Shown piece by piece: positions 14,263 through 27,600 of a stretch of DNA of 64,000 nt (position 1 is its first letter; each line of letters begins with the position of its first letter). The stretch comes from Saccostrea cucullata (taxonomy: Eukaryota). A program made the translations under genes and the position numbers. Below the pieces are notes generated by a model, which was given only the letters and a program-made list of their open reading frames with translations, was not told the origin of the DNA and made no database searches. The stretch is from contig NW_026920581.1 in the NCBI RefSeq assembly GCF_032062105.1, forward strand, positions 1,426,001 to 1,490,000, read 5' to 3'.

Positions 14263-14886
14263 ATAAAAGTACAAAAAAATTATAACAATAATATCTATAG
14301 AAAGTAGAGAAAGATTTTAAACCCCTCATCCCCCAATCCGACAAAATAGGATTTTTTAGTTCGGTAAGTTTACATTTGGGTAGGGGTGGTCCCCCGCTTT
14401 GTTCTACGTTCCTTGGGACCTGCTTAAATTTAATAAATGTTTTTGGCGTTCTTCTCATCATTGAAAATACACTTTTAAAACCAGAACGGCAATGAAACCT
14501 TTTGTCTCGTTTGATTATGGACCACTTAAATTTGCTATTGGTGGCCATCTCTCATCGTGTAATTATTTCGAAACTAAATTGATATTTCATGTACAGAATA
14601 TAGTAAAGGATGTAGATAACTTAAAACCTTTAATTTGAATATCAGATTATTTAACGGATCACTTAAGGTATGAATTACTATGTCTTATTGTTTATATGAA
14701 CGGATATTTGAACTGCAAGGTTATAAGTGTGTATCTGGGTCCCCATTGTTAACAGAATCAATACATTTTCATCTCAACTCAATTGTGGAAAACAGGAAAT
14801 TAACTATGAGAGCTGGATTTATTCTTAATACTGTAAGAATCCCATAATGAAAGTGCTACAAACTAATCATGAGAGCTCAAAGCATG

Positions 14887-14888
<2 letters not shown>

Positions 14889-14954
<66 letters not shown>

Positions 14955-14958
14955 TGTG
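14889..14958. repeat. Compound (CT)n(GT)n microsatellite
   Basis: Seen directly in the sequence. Confidence 0.97.
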
Positions 14959-15254
14959 TATTTCATTCCACATAAACGATATACTATGACCCGAGGACCA
15001 AAAATTCACCTTATCATACTTATTTTCTACTCTTTTTGAAAAGTAAATATTAACAAATTGAATATTGGCTAATTATTTACTCTTGATGTTGTAAATGTTT
15101 TCTAGCTCAATACAAAGTGGAATGGATCAACAAAAAAAAATTACTTTTATATTTCAGAAAAAAGATTTTTCTTAAGCTTGATGACATATGGGCCAAGCAA
15201 TTGCATATAAAACATTCCTATATTACATAAGTTACAAAGTTTGAGATATAGAAA

Positions 15255-15380
15255 GGATATTCAATGTTTTGTAGTTGAATATCGAATTTATTTCTGCTTC
15301 GCACTCGTGAAAATATAAAAAAAAATCCTGTTCCACTCGTGAAATAAATTTCATATTCAACTACAAAACATTGAATTTTC
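15255..15380. mobile_element. Short palindromic non-autonomous element
   Basis: Inverted repeat TTCAATGTTTTGTAGTTGAATAT / ATATTCAACTACAAAACATTGAA, with internal CACTCGTGAAA direct repeats. Confidence 0.6.
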
Positions 15381-16023
15381 TGTTTGTTACATTTTTTTTT
15401 ATTTTCCCCGTGCCTCTGTCTTTTTGTAACAGAAAGTCAAAGGCCATCATAATAGAGCAGTTGAGACATCATAGCTTAATTTAGCGATTGCAAAATAAAC
15501 ATGGATTTCAAGAGCCTAATTGGAGAAACTTGGGCGATTTTAGACTTACTCTCTCTATTTTAAAACAGGCCAGGGAGTATTTTTTACAATACACTGCGAC
15601 AGGATATCACTTTTATTCAATGAATAATTACAATATTTCAACGTTGAAAATGTAATAAAAAGAATTTTAAAAAATTGTAATTGAGAAAAAAAATCAAGTT
15701 TTTTTCATAGATATTTCCAAGTAAAACTACGATCCCCCAAAGAGGTCCCTCCTTACCGCGGGGATCAACTTTTAAAAACTGAATTTATTATCGTAAATCA
15801 ACTAATGAATTAATAAACTGAGAATGTTTTCATATCTCAGGACATCTATTCACAAAAAATCTTACGACTAATCGTAGTCGTAAGACAGTCGTAAGATTTT
15901 GTCGTAAGATTTTGCCAATTCACAAAAAATCGTACGATTGACGTTACGTCATATTCTTGTCGTAAGTTTACGTCTAGTCTTGAGCAGACGTAAGTCTTAT
16001 ATTGCTATGGTTACGATTCCAAT

Positions 16024-19000
16024 ATGGCTGCAACCTTTATGATTATGTCTGCTGCAAGCGAGAGAAGAAGGAAACCCCCGCGACCACGGAAATTCAGAGA
16101 TCGGACAAATCCTTTAGACAATTTGTCCGATTTTGACACAATAGCTAGGTACCGTTTGCCGAGACAGGAGATAGTAGAGCTCCTTAATTCAGTTAAAAGA
16201 AGACTACAAAGACCAACAGCACGAAGCCGTGCTGTTCCTGATATCACACAGGTAAAAAAAAATCAATCTAAAAAGAACATTTTTAAGGATATCACATGGT
16301 GCAATTTATAATTATTTTTCATTGACATATCATTTCTAAAAATATATATTTTATATATAATATATCATATCCTTGTGAATTATCATAACATGATTTGATT
16401 ATAATTATACCTGAACTCCGGTCTATGTCAAATTTTACCGACAAAAAGAAAAAAGAAACTCCAAGTGACTATCAAATACAGGCATTCCTGCCCAAGAAAA
16501 ATAGCAGTATATGATCAATTTCAAATTGTCTAGTAACCTTAACTCACGTATTCTATATAACAATATTTTATTTTACATGTAAAAGGACTAACTAAGTTTC
16601 AAACAAAATTCTCATCCTCCAACCCTCACTATGTCTCCTATATACCTCCCCCTTTTTTGTGTGTCTTTGTTTTATCAAAAGTATTCGTTACGTTAACCTA
16701 AATATCTCAAAATCAATCATAATCAAAAAATTTTAGAACTTCACCTACCCCGGTTTGTACTGTATATTGCACAGAACGGAATATGAGGAAATGGCGAAAA
16801 CAGGCGGGAAACATGAAGAAAGCCGTGTAGAGAAAAGTTGCATGTAAAATAACTTAAAAGAATACAAATAATACGTCTATATGCACTATAAGCAATTTTA
16901 TTTGCAAAAGCCGCAAGCGTTAATTCTTATGACTTCCATTTATTATATATGTATATAATACATCTAGAGAGAGAGAGAGCATTTTATTCACTGTGATTTT
17001 TTTTTAAAAGACGGCATACTTACGCATATAAACAACCACATGCACCTGACGTTACTTATTTTTCTTTTAATAAGAAAAATTTTCCCTACCTAATATTGGT
17101 ATATTGTTTTTATTGAAAGAAAAATAAGTAACGTCGGGTGCCTGTGTAAACAACGTTTAAAAAATGTTTTGTAAATATTTTCGAATTCAAAACGTAAAAA
17201 ATTCTCTTCACATCCGCCCTAACCTGACTATAAACAACAAAATAATAGATGAGAAATTAAATAATAAAGTGATATAATATCAATTGTGTTTATTGAAACT
17301 CACCATCAAGGAAGAATATTGTCTAACATCCCCCCTTTCTATTTAAAGAGCTAGCTTTTTAAATCAGGATATCCGATTGTTTTCTGTGCTTATAAAATAA
17401 CAAGAGTTATCTTTCTTAGCGCTCTTGAAAATATTTTTTTTTCTATGAAACAAAATATTAATTACATGGTTATAAACAATTTTGCATATTAAATTTTTAT
17501 AACAATAAAATTAATTATACGTTAAGAGCACAAGCCTTCAGAACGCTTTGATCTGACTGACATGTACAAAAAAAAAATTATACATGTCGGTCAGACCAAA
17601 GCGATCTGAAGGCCAGTGGTTAAGAGATAGAAATATGTCAATTTTTCATTCGAACTAGGTATAAATGTTGGAAGTAAACTATTATAAATAATTAATAAAA
17701 AAAAAATGGTAATAGAAACTAGAAATCAGCATTTGTACAATTGAACAGATTCGATAAAATTGGATTAGAAAGCTGTTCTGATAAATGAAATCTGTAAAAT
17801 CTAACATGATAACTTATTGAATTTCGTGGAAAACGTCTTCGGAGAGTTAACTCTCTTATCAAAATTGTCTTCAGACAGTTATCTCTCTTATCAGAGGGAT
17901 ATTACACCTTAAGGTTGAAATAAATGGGTGGAAAATTAGGCGGGAATCAAGAGTTAGCGTTCTTAATGTAAATGCATTGTATTGTCAGTCAAGCAGTTTA
18001 TGGCATATTTTAATTATATACATCTTAAAGAATTATCTAGTTATTAATTTAGTAGTATTTTTGTGGATATGTAGGTAGAGGACCCCCCCCCCCCCTTTTT
18101 TCCGAAATAGTTTTTTTTATCATGGGTATGACTTTCATATTTCACATGTGTATTCCTTATAATAAGACATTTTTTGGGGTACCACCAAATTTGACCTTTT
18201 GACCTTGACCTTGGATATTTTTCGTACTTATGAAAAAACTTTAACCTTGTGAGAAGACTTTTCATTGGATGCCAAGAACTTTAACCCTTTGACCTTGACC
18301 TTGGAGTTCAGTGATGATTTCTAAACAAATGACATATGATAAGGTGTTCATATTACACACATGTCATAAAAAAATTACATCTCACTCACAAAGACACCGA
18401 AAGCGGGGGACCAAAATTCCTTGAATTTTATTTTATTTATTAAACAGTTATTAGTGTGTCTGCGTTACCTAGCAAAGGGAGATTTCCAGTCAGAATGCGC
18501 AGATTTACACGGAATATCTCAGCCTACGGTCTCAAGGATTATTGGGAGTGTTTTGCTGGCCTTAGATTCTGAACTAAATAATGTGAAGTTTCCCACAACA
18601 AATGAGGAAATCATCAAGACTAAAACAAAGTTTTTCAACATAGCAAATTTTCCCGGAGTAATAGGAGCTGTTGATGGCACTCTGGTTCCAATTTTAGCGC
18701 CAAAAGAAGATGAGTTTGCATATGTATGCAGGAAGGGCTTCCATGCCCTTAACGTCCAGGGGGTCGTCGACGCAACGTTAAGGTAACTTGATAAACATGA
18801 TTTTGTTCATTTTAAAATTTTCATCATTTCGGATATTTACTTTAAATTATTTATTTCCTTTGGTCCATTGATTGACTTAAAATATACCATTTATTTAAGA
18901 GTTTGAATAGTATTGAAGTAGGAGGCCCAATGGCTTTACCTGGGTATAATAAAAACCTATAATCGAAAGAAATTTACTGAAAAAGAAAGATAACTTTCTC

Positions 19001-20440
19001 AAAAACACATGACAAAGTCACTGTCCTTGTTCTTGACCTATTAAGAACTTTATTTCTTGATAATTTTCACAGAAAATGAAAGTGGGGTGGGGGGGTCCTG
19101 TTTTAACACTTATATTTATAAATGCATATAAAGAATGATAAATTAATAGAAGAAAAATTTAAAGATAGCAGTTGGTCACCTGATTGATCAGAGCAAGGTG
19201 ATCAAAAAAGATAAAATATAACGTATAATCTATTTTCTAGATTCACAAATTATGTGTGCAAGTGGCCTGGCTCAGTGCACGACAGCTTCATTTTTCGAGA
19301 GTGTCACCTGTATGAGCTCCTACAAAATCAACATCTTGGATGGCTTCTTGGCGACTCCGGCTACGCCCTTAAGTCCTTCTTGATGACGCCGAAGAATAAC
19401 CCTCAAACCGAGGCAGAAGAAAAGTACAACAGGGCTCACAGTCAAACAAGGATAGTTGTTGAAAGGGCGTTCGGCGTCCTTAAGTCTAGATTCAGGTATA
19501 AAAAATTCTTTATCATGGAACATTGTAAACTCTAAATCATTTAATTAATGCACTACAGTAACTTTATTTTATCAAATTGATGCATAACCATCGCTATCTT
19601 TTACTTTATTACTTTCCGAGTTTAAAAAAGAACAAGGGAACAGAGCAGTGTGGCTAATTATCTCCCCTTGGGGAGGAAAATTGCGAACATCAATTTAGTA
19701 TGGAAAAGCTTAGGTGAATAAGTGGTCCCGACCTACTTCTAAATTGGAGAGGGTGGTATGATTTGAACGAAATTGAATCAACACTTACTTAGGAAGCTTG
19801 TATATTTTTTTTTACAAACCGACTTTTAACCCTTCAAGTTTGATGTGGCCCCATGGTATCCTACCCAAGGCCATTGGGGTCATGATTTGAACTTGAATCT
19901 ACACCACCTGAGGATGATGCCATATAAATATGACCAATCAGAGATGTGCTGTTCTTGAGAAGATTTTTCCTATATATTCATATGTAAAACTTACATAGTC
20001 CATTGTGGCTCCACGATACCTGAATGTTATTTGAACAAGTTTCAAACTGCACCACCTGAGAATGTTTTCATCTTTTTCTGGTCAATTGGTTCTTGAGAAG
20101 ATTTTTCAATGATGCCATAATTTTTTTCATTATTTTGTAATTATCTCCTCTGGGGGAAAGGCTTGGCTCTTCGTTTGTACAAAATCTTATAAAAAAAAAT
20201 GCTTACATTTTCAGATGTTTGCACAAGACAGGAGGTTGCTTGCCTTTTGCACCCCATAAATGCATTAAGGTCATAAGTGTGGCGATTAAACTTCACAACT
20301 GGTGCATAGACAAAAAGGTCCCTTTACTGGCCCCTGACTGCAACCAGGACGCACAGGATGATGCGGAGAATGACATTGAGATTAACACTGATCGGGACGG
20401 ATCCCAGCAAAGAGAAAGACTTGTCCAATTATTTGCATGA
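16024..20440 (+). CDS. Harbinger (HARBI1-like) DDE transposase, 347 aa; exons 16024-16251, 18448-18782, 19241-19495, 20215-20440
   Basis: GT-AG joins keep frame (1044 nt). Motifs LRYLAKG, GAVDGTLV (D), RKGFHALNVQ, WPGSVHDS, LLGDSGY (D), VVERAFGVLKSRFRCL (E), LHNWC. Confidence 0.92.
17529..17618. mobile_element. 90-bp hairpin MITE with 8-bp TSD (hAT/P-like)
   Basis: GTTAAGAG|CACAAGCCTTCAGAACGCTTTG...CAAAGCGATCTGAAGGCCAGTG|GTTAAGAG. Confidence 0.8.
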
Positions 20441-21093
20441 AGCTAGTTGAAGAAATTAGATGTTTCCCCTTTTTCTAACGGGTATCGATGACTTTCAATC
20501 ATTGACTTTTCACATCTGTCAGTATTAATTATTTGCATTGATGAACATGACAATAACTTTAATTAATTGCTATAAAATAATGATATTTGGTAAATTTTAG
20601 CTGTGCTCGGGTTTTGGGGTCACAAAATTGGGAGAGCTTTGCCATACTTTAATAAAACATTAGTGGAATTTTAGACAAAGTACATGTATCTAATTTTTTG
20701 ATGATAAAATCCTTACAGGAAGAAAAAGAAACGTAATGTAACATTAATATATTTTTTTTAATATTCATGAACTAGAAAATTGATTTGTACAAAGAACTGT
20801 TTTTAACTGGATTTGTTTTAGACTAATACAAACAATTTTTCAATGACATGTAAATTAATGCATTTTTCATTTCTGTAAAATAAAGCATTAATATTTTACA
20901 ACATTATCACATTTTTTTTTCTATAAAAATTTAAATCAGGTTAAAGTTACTTAAAAATGGAACTAATTTGGACTGAAACTGTAAAAGATGTTAAAACATG
21001 TATATCTTCATTTAATTCAGAGATTTAATATGTGCAATATGATGCTTATATTCAACATATTTAAAATTATCCACAAGTGTCACAATTCAATAT

Positions 21094-24007
21094 TTATAAT
21101 TCAAAATAAGTTGGGCCATTGACCTTCTCTTCTAGATGTAAGTCTAGTTTTTTCTTCTTTAGAGCAACATACTCCTCGAATGAGGTCAAGATCTTCCTTT
21201 TGATGACAAGATCCTCTCTCATCAAGATCACCATCTCTCTTTGTATGGAGAGAAGCTCAGACGTGTCACCTATAAGAAATTCATTATATACCGTAATGCA
21301 TTAAAGCATGCAAAATTTAACATGTATGCAGACTTTAAACTCCAAATCACAGAAAACATTTTTGCAACATAACTTTTAACTAAATTCATATTCATTAATT
21401 ATACATAAAAAAATCCCAAAATTCACAAATTTAAAAAAAGTCTTTGGAGGGAAAAGGGGGGGGGGGTATAAAAAAAAAGCTCAAGAGGAATCTTACAGTA
21501 CAGGGGAAATAATTGCATCTTTAAGTAAATCTTTATGCAATACAATGAATAATTTACCTTTCCCTTTCTCCTGTACATGTGACTTTCTACTTTGCTTCTT
21601 GTCTGTCAAAACAAAAGTGAAACATGTAGGATATTCTTAAAATAATTTGTTACCGATAAATAAAAAAAAAAACGGATCTCAAAATTCGAAACAAAATATA
21701 ATTTACTTACTGAAATTGCTATTGTCAAGATCTGTGCCTGAAGTACTAGCTACCTCTGAATGAGAATTTTTAACCATCACTATACCAGAAAAAGAAAAAA
21801 AAATTGTTGAGACTTTATTCATGAATTGGTTTGACAGGTAAATTATACGAATGTTACAATTTGTCTAAAATCCAGATATTAAGGGACATTGATTCTCTGA
21901 TAAGAGAGAGATAACTCTTAATGACATAAATGTCTATTGTTCCTTTATTGAAAGGCCAAGTTGAAGTGTCTTTTTTGTCAAATATTGCCCCGCAAGTTAT
22001 GCTATAATTGTTTGTATTATACTTACAAAATACATTTCTTTTGGAAAATCATTACGGTTTAAGCAACATTTTATATGAGTAAGTAGAGGGTTTATGGACC
22101 TTAATTTAAGGACAACTAGAATAAAAGAAATGTTTTAAATCACCTGAGTTAAACTGTCTCTGTTCTTTCGCTGGCTCGTCCACTACAAAATTAATAAGGG
22201 TATATTACACATGTACTAAAGATAAATAACAGACATTTTAGAGTGAAGATTTTTAACCACACTTTACAAAAAAATAATAATAAAAAAAAAAAGAGCAGAA
22301 ACAAAAACTAGACATTAATATGATAGAAAATTTATTTCAGTGATTAATAATGTTTGATGAACATGATGATAAATTAATTCTGTGTTTAAAAGTGCATATA
22401 TTCATAACTGTCTTGCATTGCCAGGGAAATAACATATTGTTAAAAATAGTTCAGAATCGAGATATAATTCATTTATAATCATCTACAAGAAGGAGTGTTA
22501 AATCACCTGTGTCAAACTGCTTCTGCGGATGTTCTTGTTCTGGATTGCATGCTACAAAATATTATATAGGTTATGTTATACATGTACTGAAAATTCATCA
22601 CAAACAAAACACATGTTCAAAATTGCATATCAATCAACTCTGATTATAAAGAGATATGTGACCTCGGGGAAAAAGGGAATGTGGTATTTTTAAAGTTAAA
22701 GTTAGCATAGGTCTACGATATAGTTTATTTCATACCTTCTAAGCTTGTAACTGCCTCTGTGCACAGGAATGAAGCTGACCGGATTGGAAATACAGCACAT
22801 TCACTGTCTATAACAGAAATGATATCACTTGCTTTATGATAGGATACTAACGTAACTGAGATATTAAATCATTATGAAAATAATCAAGTGCCACTGATAA
22901 CTATAAATATAATTTATGTTTACATGTACAAATGTATATGTCAGAAAGCATTATCTACATTTATATTTATAAACAAATCACATACTAACATTAATTGTTT
23001 ATCATATGCCATTTTCAAAAGCAAGTATATATTTTTGTCCATATATTTACAATAAAGAATTTAACCTGAAACAAGACTGTCGCACCCCCCTGCAATGCCA
23101 GAGACCACAGTATTGGACATTATTCCAATGATCTAGAATGAAATTAATCAAAAATTAAACATTTAATATATGAACTCATTATTTATTTTCATCATTAAAT
23201 AAGAAACACACTTAGTTAAATATAATGGTTAATAAACATTTTATTTACATGTGTTGTGCTTTTTCAATTTCTGTATTATTTTGCAAGATTCATTGATAAA
23301 CAAAACCTTTTTCTCCCAATCTTTTATATCTGTTGGGGGTGGACCTCCGCCTGTCTGCCGTTGTGTTTTTAACCTCTCCACCTCCCTTTTTTTCGTGGAG
23401 GACTGAATATCCTGCCACTTCTTTTTCACTTCTTTCAACGTTCGCCCACATCCTCCTATGGCATTGATACTGCAAATAAAATAGATAGATCTGTACAACA
23501 AGAATGTCATTTATATTTTCAATGCGAGAAAAAAAATGATTAAATAAAAGTTATGAGAGAAAAAGTTTTTAATGAAATAGAAAGAATAAAATGTTGGATT
23601 AATCTAATCTGTGCAAAAACACTTTTTTATATACGTCTGAAACAATTAATTTTTACTAGCCCAGACCAACTAGTCTCGGGCGTCGGGCTAGTGGGTTTTC
23701 GTGAAGACTGGTCCCGTACTTGTACATTGTTTGCATAACGTCAATGAAATACTTAATTAGTTACCAAATTCTTGCAATATATCAAACAAATGATTTTTTT
23801 GAAGGGAAACTTGGATTTTTTTTCATAGTTTGTGGCTATTGCCTACCTGTTCATTATGGAAGTCCATGCGGCGGACTTATCAGCCGCAGTTAAGGAAGAC
23901 GAAAACTTTCCCTTTAAAATATCTCGTTTATCTTCGACCTGTTCCACTAACAGGGCAATTTCTGCTTCATTCCAGTTCCTCTTCCGTGCAGCCGCAGCGT
24001 TCTCCAT
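21094..24007 (-). CDS. Harbinger ORF2, Myb/SANT-like DNA-binding protein (~278 aa); exons 24007-23847, 23469-23307, 23132-23066, 22807-22736, 22551-22507, 22182-22144, 21779-21711, 21602-21558, 21269-21094
   Basis: MENAAAARKRNWNEAEIALLVEQV...KSAAWTSI...RTLKEVKKKWQDI...RQTGGGPPP (tri-Trp Myb/SANT plus TGGG motif) and a C-terminal coiled-coil-like exon. All joins are GT-AG and in frame (837 nt). The middle micro-exons are less certain. Confidence 0.82.
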
Positions 24008-24356
24008 TGTTTATATTTCGTCTGCTACTTTCACTTTTCCCGCACAGCTTACTGCGCATGAGCAGGTGTCGGTAACCAAGAAAGAAAAAATCTTACGATC
24101 GATTTTCACTTACGACAATGTGTCGATCTTACGACCACTTTCATGAATAGCTCCTAACTTTTATCTTAGGATTATCGTAAGTTCAAGTCGTAGTCGTAAA
24201 CTTACGATTTTTTGTGAATAGATGTCCGCTCATCATATTTAACAGAAAATACAAGATCACTAACAATCAGACCATTGTCCGCGTGGTGCAAAAATCTCTC
24301 TCCTTAATGGCCCTGAGTGCCGAGCAGAGGACAAAATTTGCAGCTTTCCACCGGAA

Positions 24357-24683
24357 AGTGGTTGTTCGGTCGTTAGAGCGCTCGCTTCGTCATTGGGGGG
24401 TTCGAATTTCAGCCATTCTGACCTAAGTCAATAAAAAATGGGTAGCACCTGTTCTTTCGCCATGCACTCGGCACTTTGAAGTGAAATTTGCTGGTCCTTC
24501 GGAAGTAACCTTAAAAGCGAGGTCCCCTGTCACGGCAGACGTTGGCACGATAAAAATCCCTTACTGCTCAATAGCCCTTAATGCCGAGTAAAGGTAAAAA
24601 TTTTAAAAACTTCACGATAACGATGACGTCTCTATTAGAGTGAAAAATTCTCCAATGGCACTTACAAAAATATTCAATCAATA
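24357..24683 (+). mobile_element. tRNA-derived SINE
   Basis: A-box-like GTGGTTGTTCGGTCG and B-box GGTTCGAAT, body GAGGTCCC...GGCACGATAAAAATCCC...GCCGAG, tail ATTCAATCAAT. Confidence 0.7.
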
Positions 24684-27600
24684 TATCCAATTGGTGTTGT
24701 TTCTTGGCTTCTATCACAGCCAAGATGGAGTACAAGCCACAGTGTGAAGTTTAATGAGTGAGTGCAAAACAAATCAATTTTTTTAATCCACTGGGTTTGT
24801 ATGTAGCACAGACAAAACCACGGACATTAGCAAATGGTACCACGTAAAAGCACTATCTATATTCAGACTGTACGTGACTTGAGTGAATCCACAATGCACA
24901 CACCCATCTTGGTGGGTCATGCTCCTCATATTCAACTGAAAATACAACATCACTAACAATTAGACAATAGAATGAACTTACCATCTTCCAATTTCGTACT
25001 GTTGACAAGTATACTTCAATTGGTTTTATTTCTGGCTTCTATCACAGCCATGACTGAGTACAAGTCACTGTCTAAAGGTTTATGAGTGAGTGGCTCAAAT
25101 CAGTTTTTTAATTCACTGCGTTTATCTACACATGTAGCATAGACAAAACCAGAGACAATAGCAACTGGTACCACGTACTAGCACTACCTATTCAGACTGT
25201 GACTTGAGTGCATCCACAATGTGAACACCTGTCTTGGTAGGCCATGCTCCTCATATTCAACTGAAAATACAACATCACTAACAATCAGACAATACAATAA
25301 ACTTACTTTTCTACTCTGCTGAAATTACAACATTTCAAACAATCAGACAATAGAAAAAACTTAGCATCTTTCAACTGGGTACTGATGGCAAGTATACTCC
25401 AATCGGTGTTGTTTCTTGGCTTCTTTCACGGCCAAGATGAAGTACAAGTCACAGTCTGAAAATGTATGAGTGAGTGGCTCAAATCAGTTTTTTAATCCAC
25501 TGGGTTATTTATAGCGTAGACAAAACTAGGCACATTAGAAACTGGTACCAATTTCTAGCACTACCTACCTATTCAGACTGTGACTTGAGTGCATCCACAA
25601 TGTGCACACCTATCTTGGTGGGCCATGCTCACCATATTCAACTGAAAATATATCAGCACTAACAATCAGACAATACAATAAACTTTATATGCTACCCTGC
25701 TGAAAATACATCATTAACAATCACACAAGAGAATAAACTTACCATCTTTCAATTGGGTACTGCTGGCAAGTATACTTCAATCGGTGTTGTTTCTTGGCTT
25801 CTATCACAGCCAAGATAGAGTACAAATCACAGTCTGAAGTTTTATGAGTAAGTGGCTCAAATCAGCTTTTTAATCCACTGGGTTTGTTTATAGCATAGAC
25901 AAAACCAAGGACATTAGCAACTGGTACCACATACTAGCACTACCTATTCAGACTGTGACTTAAGTGCATCCACAATGTGCACATCTCTCATGGTGGGCCA
26001 TACTTCTCATATTCAACTGAAAATACAACATCACAAACAATACCATCATCCAATTGGCAACTGCTGGGAAGTATACTTCAATTGGTTTTGTTTCTTGGCT
26101 TCAATCACAGCCAAGATAGAGTACAAGTCACAGTCAGAAGTTTTATGAGTGAGTGGCTCAAATCAGTTTTTTAATCCACTAGGTTTGTCTATACCATAGA
26201 AAAAACCAGGGACATTAGCAACTGGTACCCCGTACTAGCACTACATATTCAGACTGTGACTTGAGTGCATCCAGAATACGCACACCTCTCTTGGTGGGCC
26301 ATGCTCCCCATATTCAACTGAAAATACATCACTAACAATCAGACAATACAATAAACTTACTATGCTACTCTGCTGAAAATGCAACATCATTAACAATCAG
26401 ACAAGAGAATAAACTTACCATCATCCAATTGGCTACTGCTGGCAAGTATACTTCAATCGGTGTTGTTTCTTGGCTTCCATCACAGCCAACATGGAGTACA
26501 AGTCATAGTCTGAAGTTTTATGAGTGAGTGGCTCAAATAAGTTTTTTTTTATCCACTGGGTTTGTCTACAGCATAGACAAAACCAGGGACATTAGCAACA
26601 GGTACCACGTATTAGCACTACGTATTCAGACTCTGATTTGAGTGCATCCACAATGTGCACACCTATCTTGGTGGGCCATGCTCCTCTTATTCAAATGAAA
26701 ATGCAACATCACTAACAATCAGACATTACAATACACTTACTATTCTACTATGCTGAAAATACAACATCATTAACAATCAGACAATAGAATAAACTTACCA
26801 TCTTTAAATTGGGTACTGCTGGCAAGTATACTTCAATTGGTTTTGTTTCTTGGCTTCTATCGCAGCCAAGATGGAGTACAAGTCAAAGTCTGAAGTTCTT
26901 TAAGTGAGTGGCTCAAATCAGTTTTTTTTTATCCACTGGGTTTGTCTATACCATAGACAAAACCAGGGACATTAGCAACTGGTACCACGTACTAGTGCTA
27001 TCTATTCAGACTGTGAATGGAGTGCATCCACAATGTGCACATCTCTCATGGTGGGACATGCTCCTCATATTCAACTGAAAATACAACATCACTAACAATC
27101 AGACAATACAATACACTTATTATGTTATTCTGCTGAAAATACAACATTTCAAACAATCAGACAATAGAATCAACTTACCATCATCCAATTGGCTACTGCT
27201 GGGAAGTATACTTCAATTGGTCTTGTTTCTTGGCTTCTATCACAGCCAAGATAGAGTACAAGTCACAGTCAGAAGTTTTATGAGTGAGTGGCTCAAATCA
27301 GTTTTTTAATCCACTGGGTTTGTCTATACCATAGAAAAAACCAGGGACATTAGCAACTGGTACCCCATACTAGCACTACATATTCAGACTGTGACTTGAG
27401 TGCATCCAGAATACACACACCTCTCTTGGTGGGCCATGCTCCCCATATTCAGCTGAAAATACATCACTAACAATCAGACAATACAATAAACTTACTATGC
27501 TACTCTGCTGAAAATGCAGCATCATTAACAATCAGACAAGAGAATCAACTTACCATCATCCAATTGGCGACTGCTGGGAAGTATACTTCAATTGGTTTTG

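Larger units (their letters stand above)
15840..24227 (+). mobile_element. Full-length PIF/Harbinger DNA transposon (~8.4 kb, two convergent genes)
   Basis: 22-bp TIR GGACATCTATTCACAAAAAATC (15840) and its reverse complement ending 24227. CTCA flanks both sides (15836-39, 24229-32). Contains a DDE transposase and a Myb/SANT gene, with clustered TCGTAAG/CTTACGA subterminal motifs. Confidence 0.93.

Noticed and set aside
23830-24146. Plus-strand ORFs 23830-24075 and 23832-24146 as genes
   Set aside because: They are antisense shadows of Myb exon 1.
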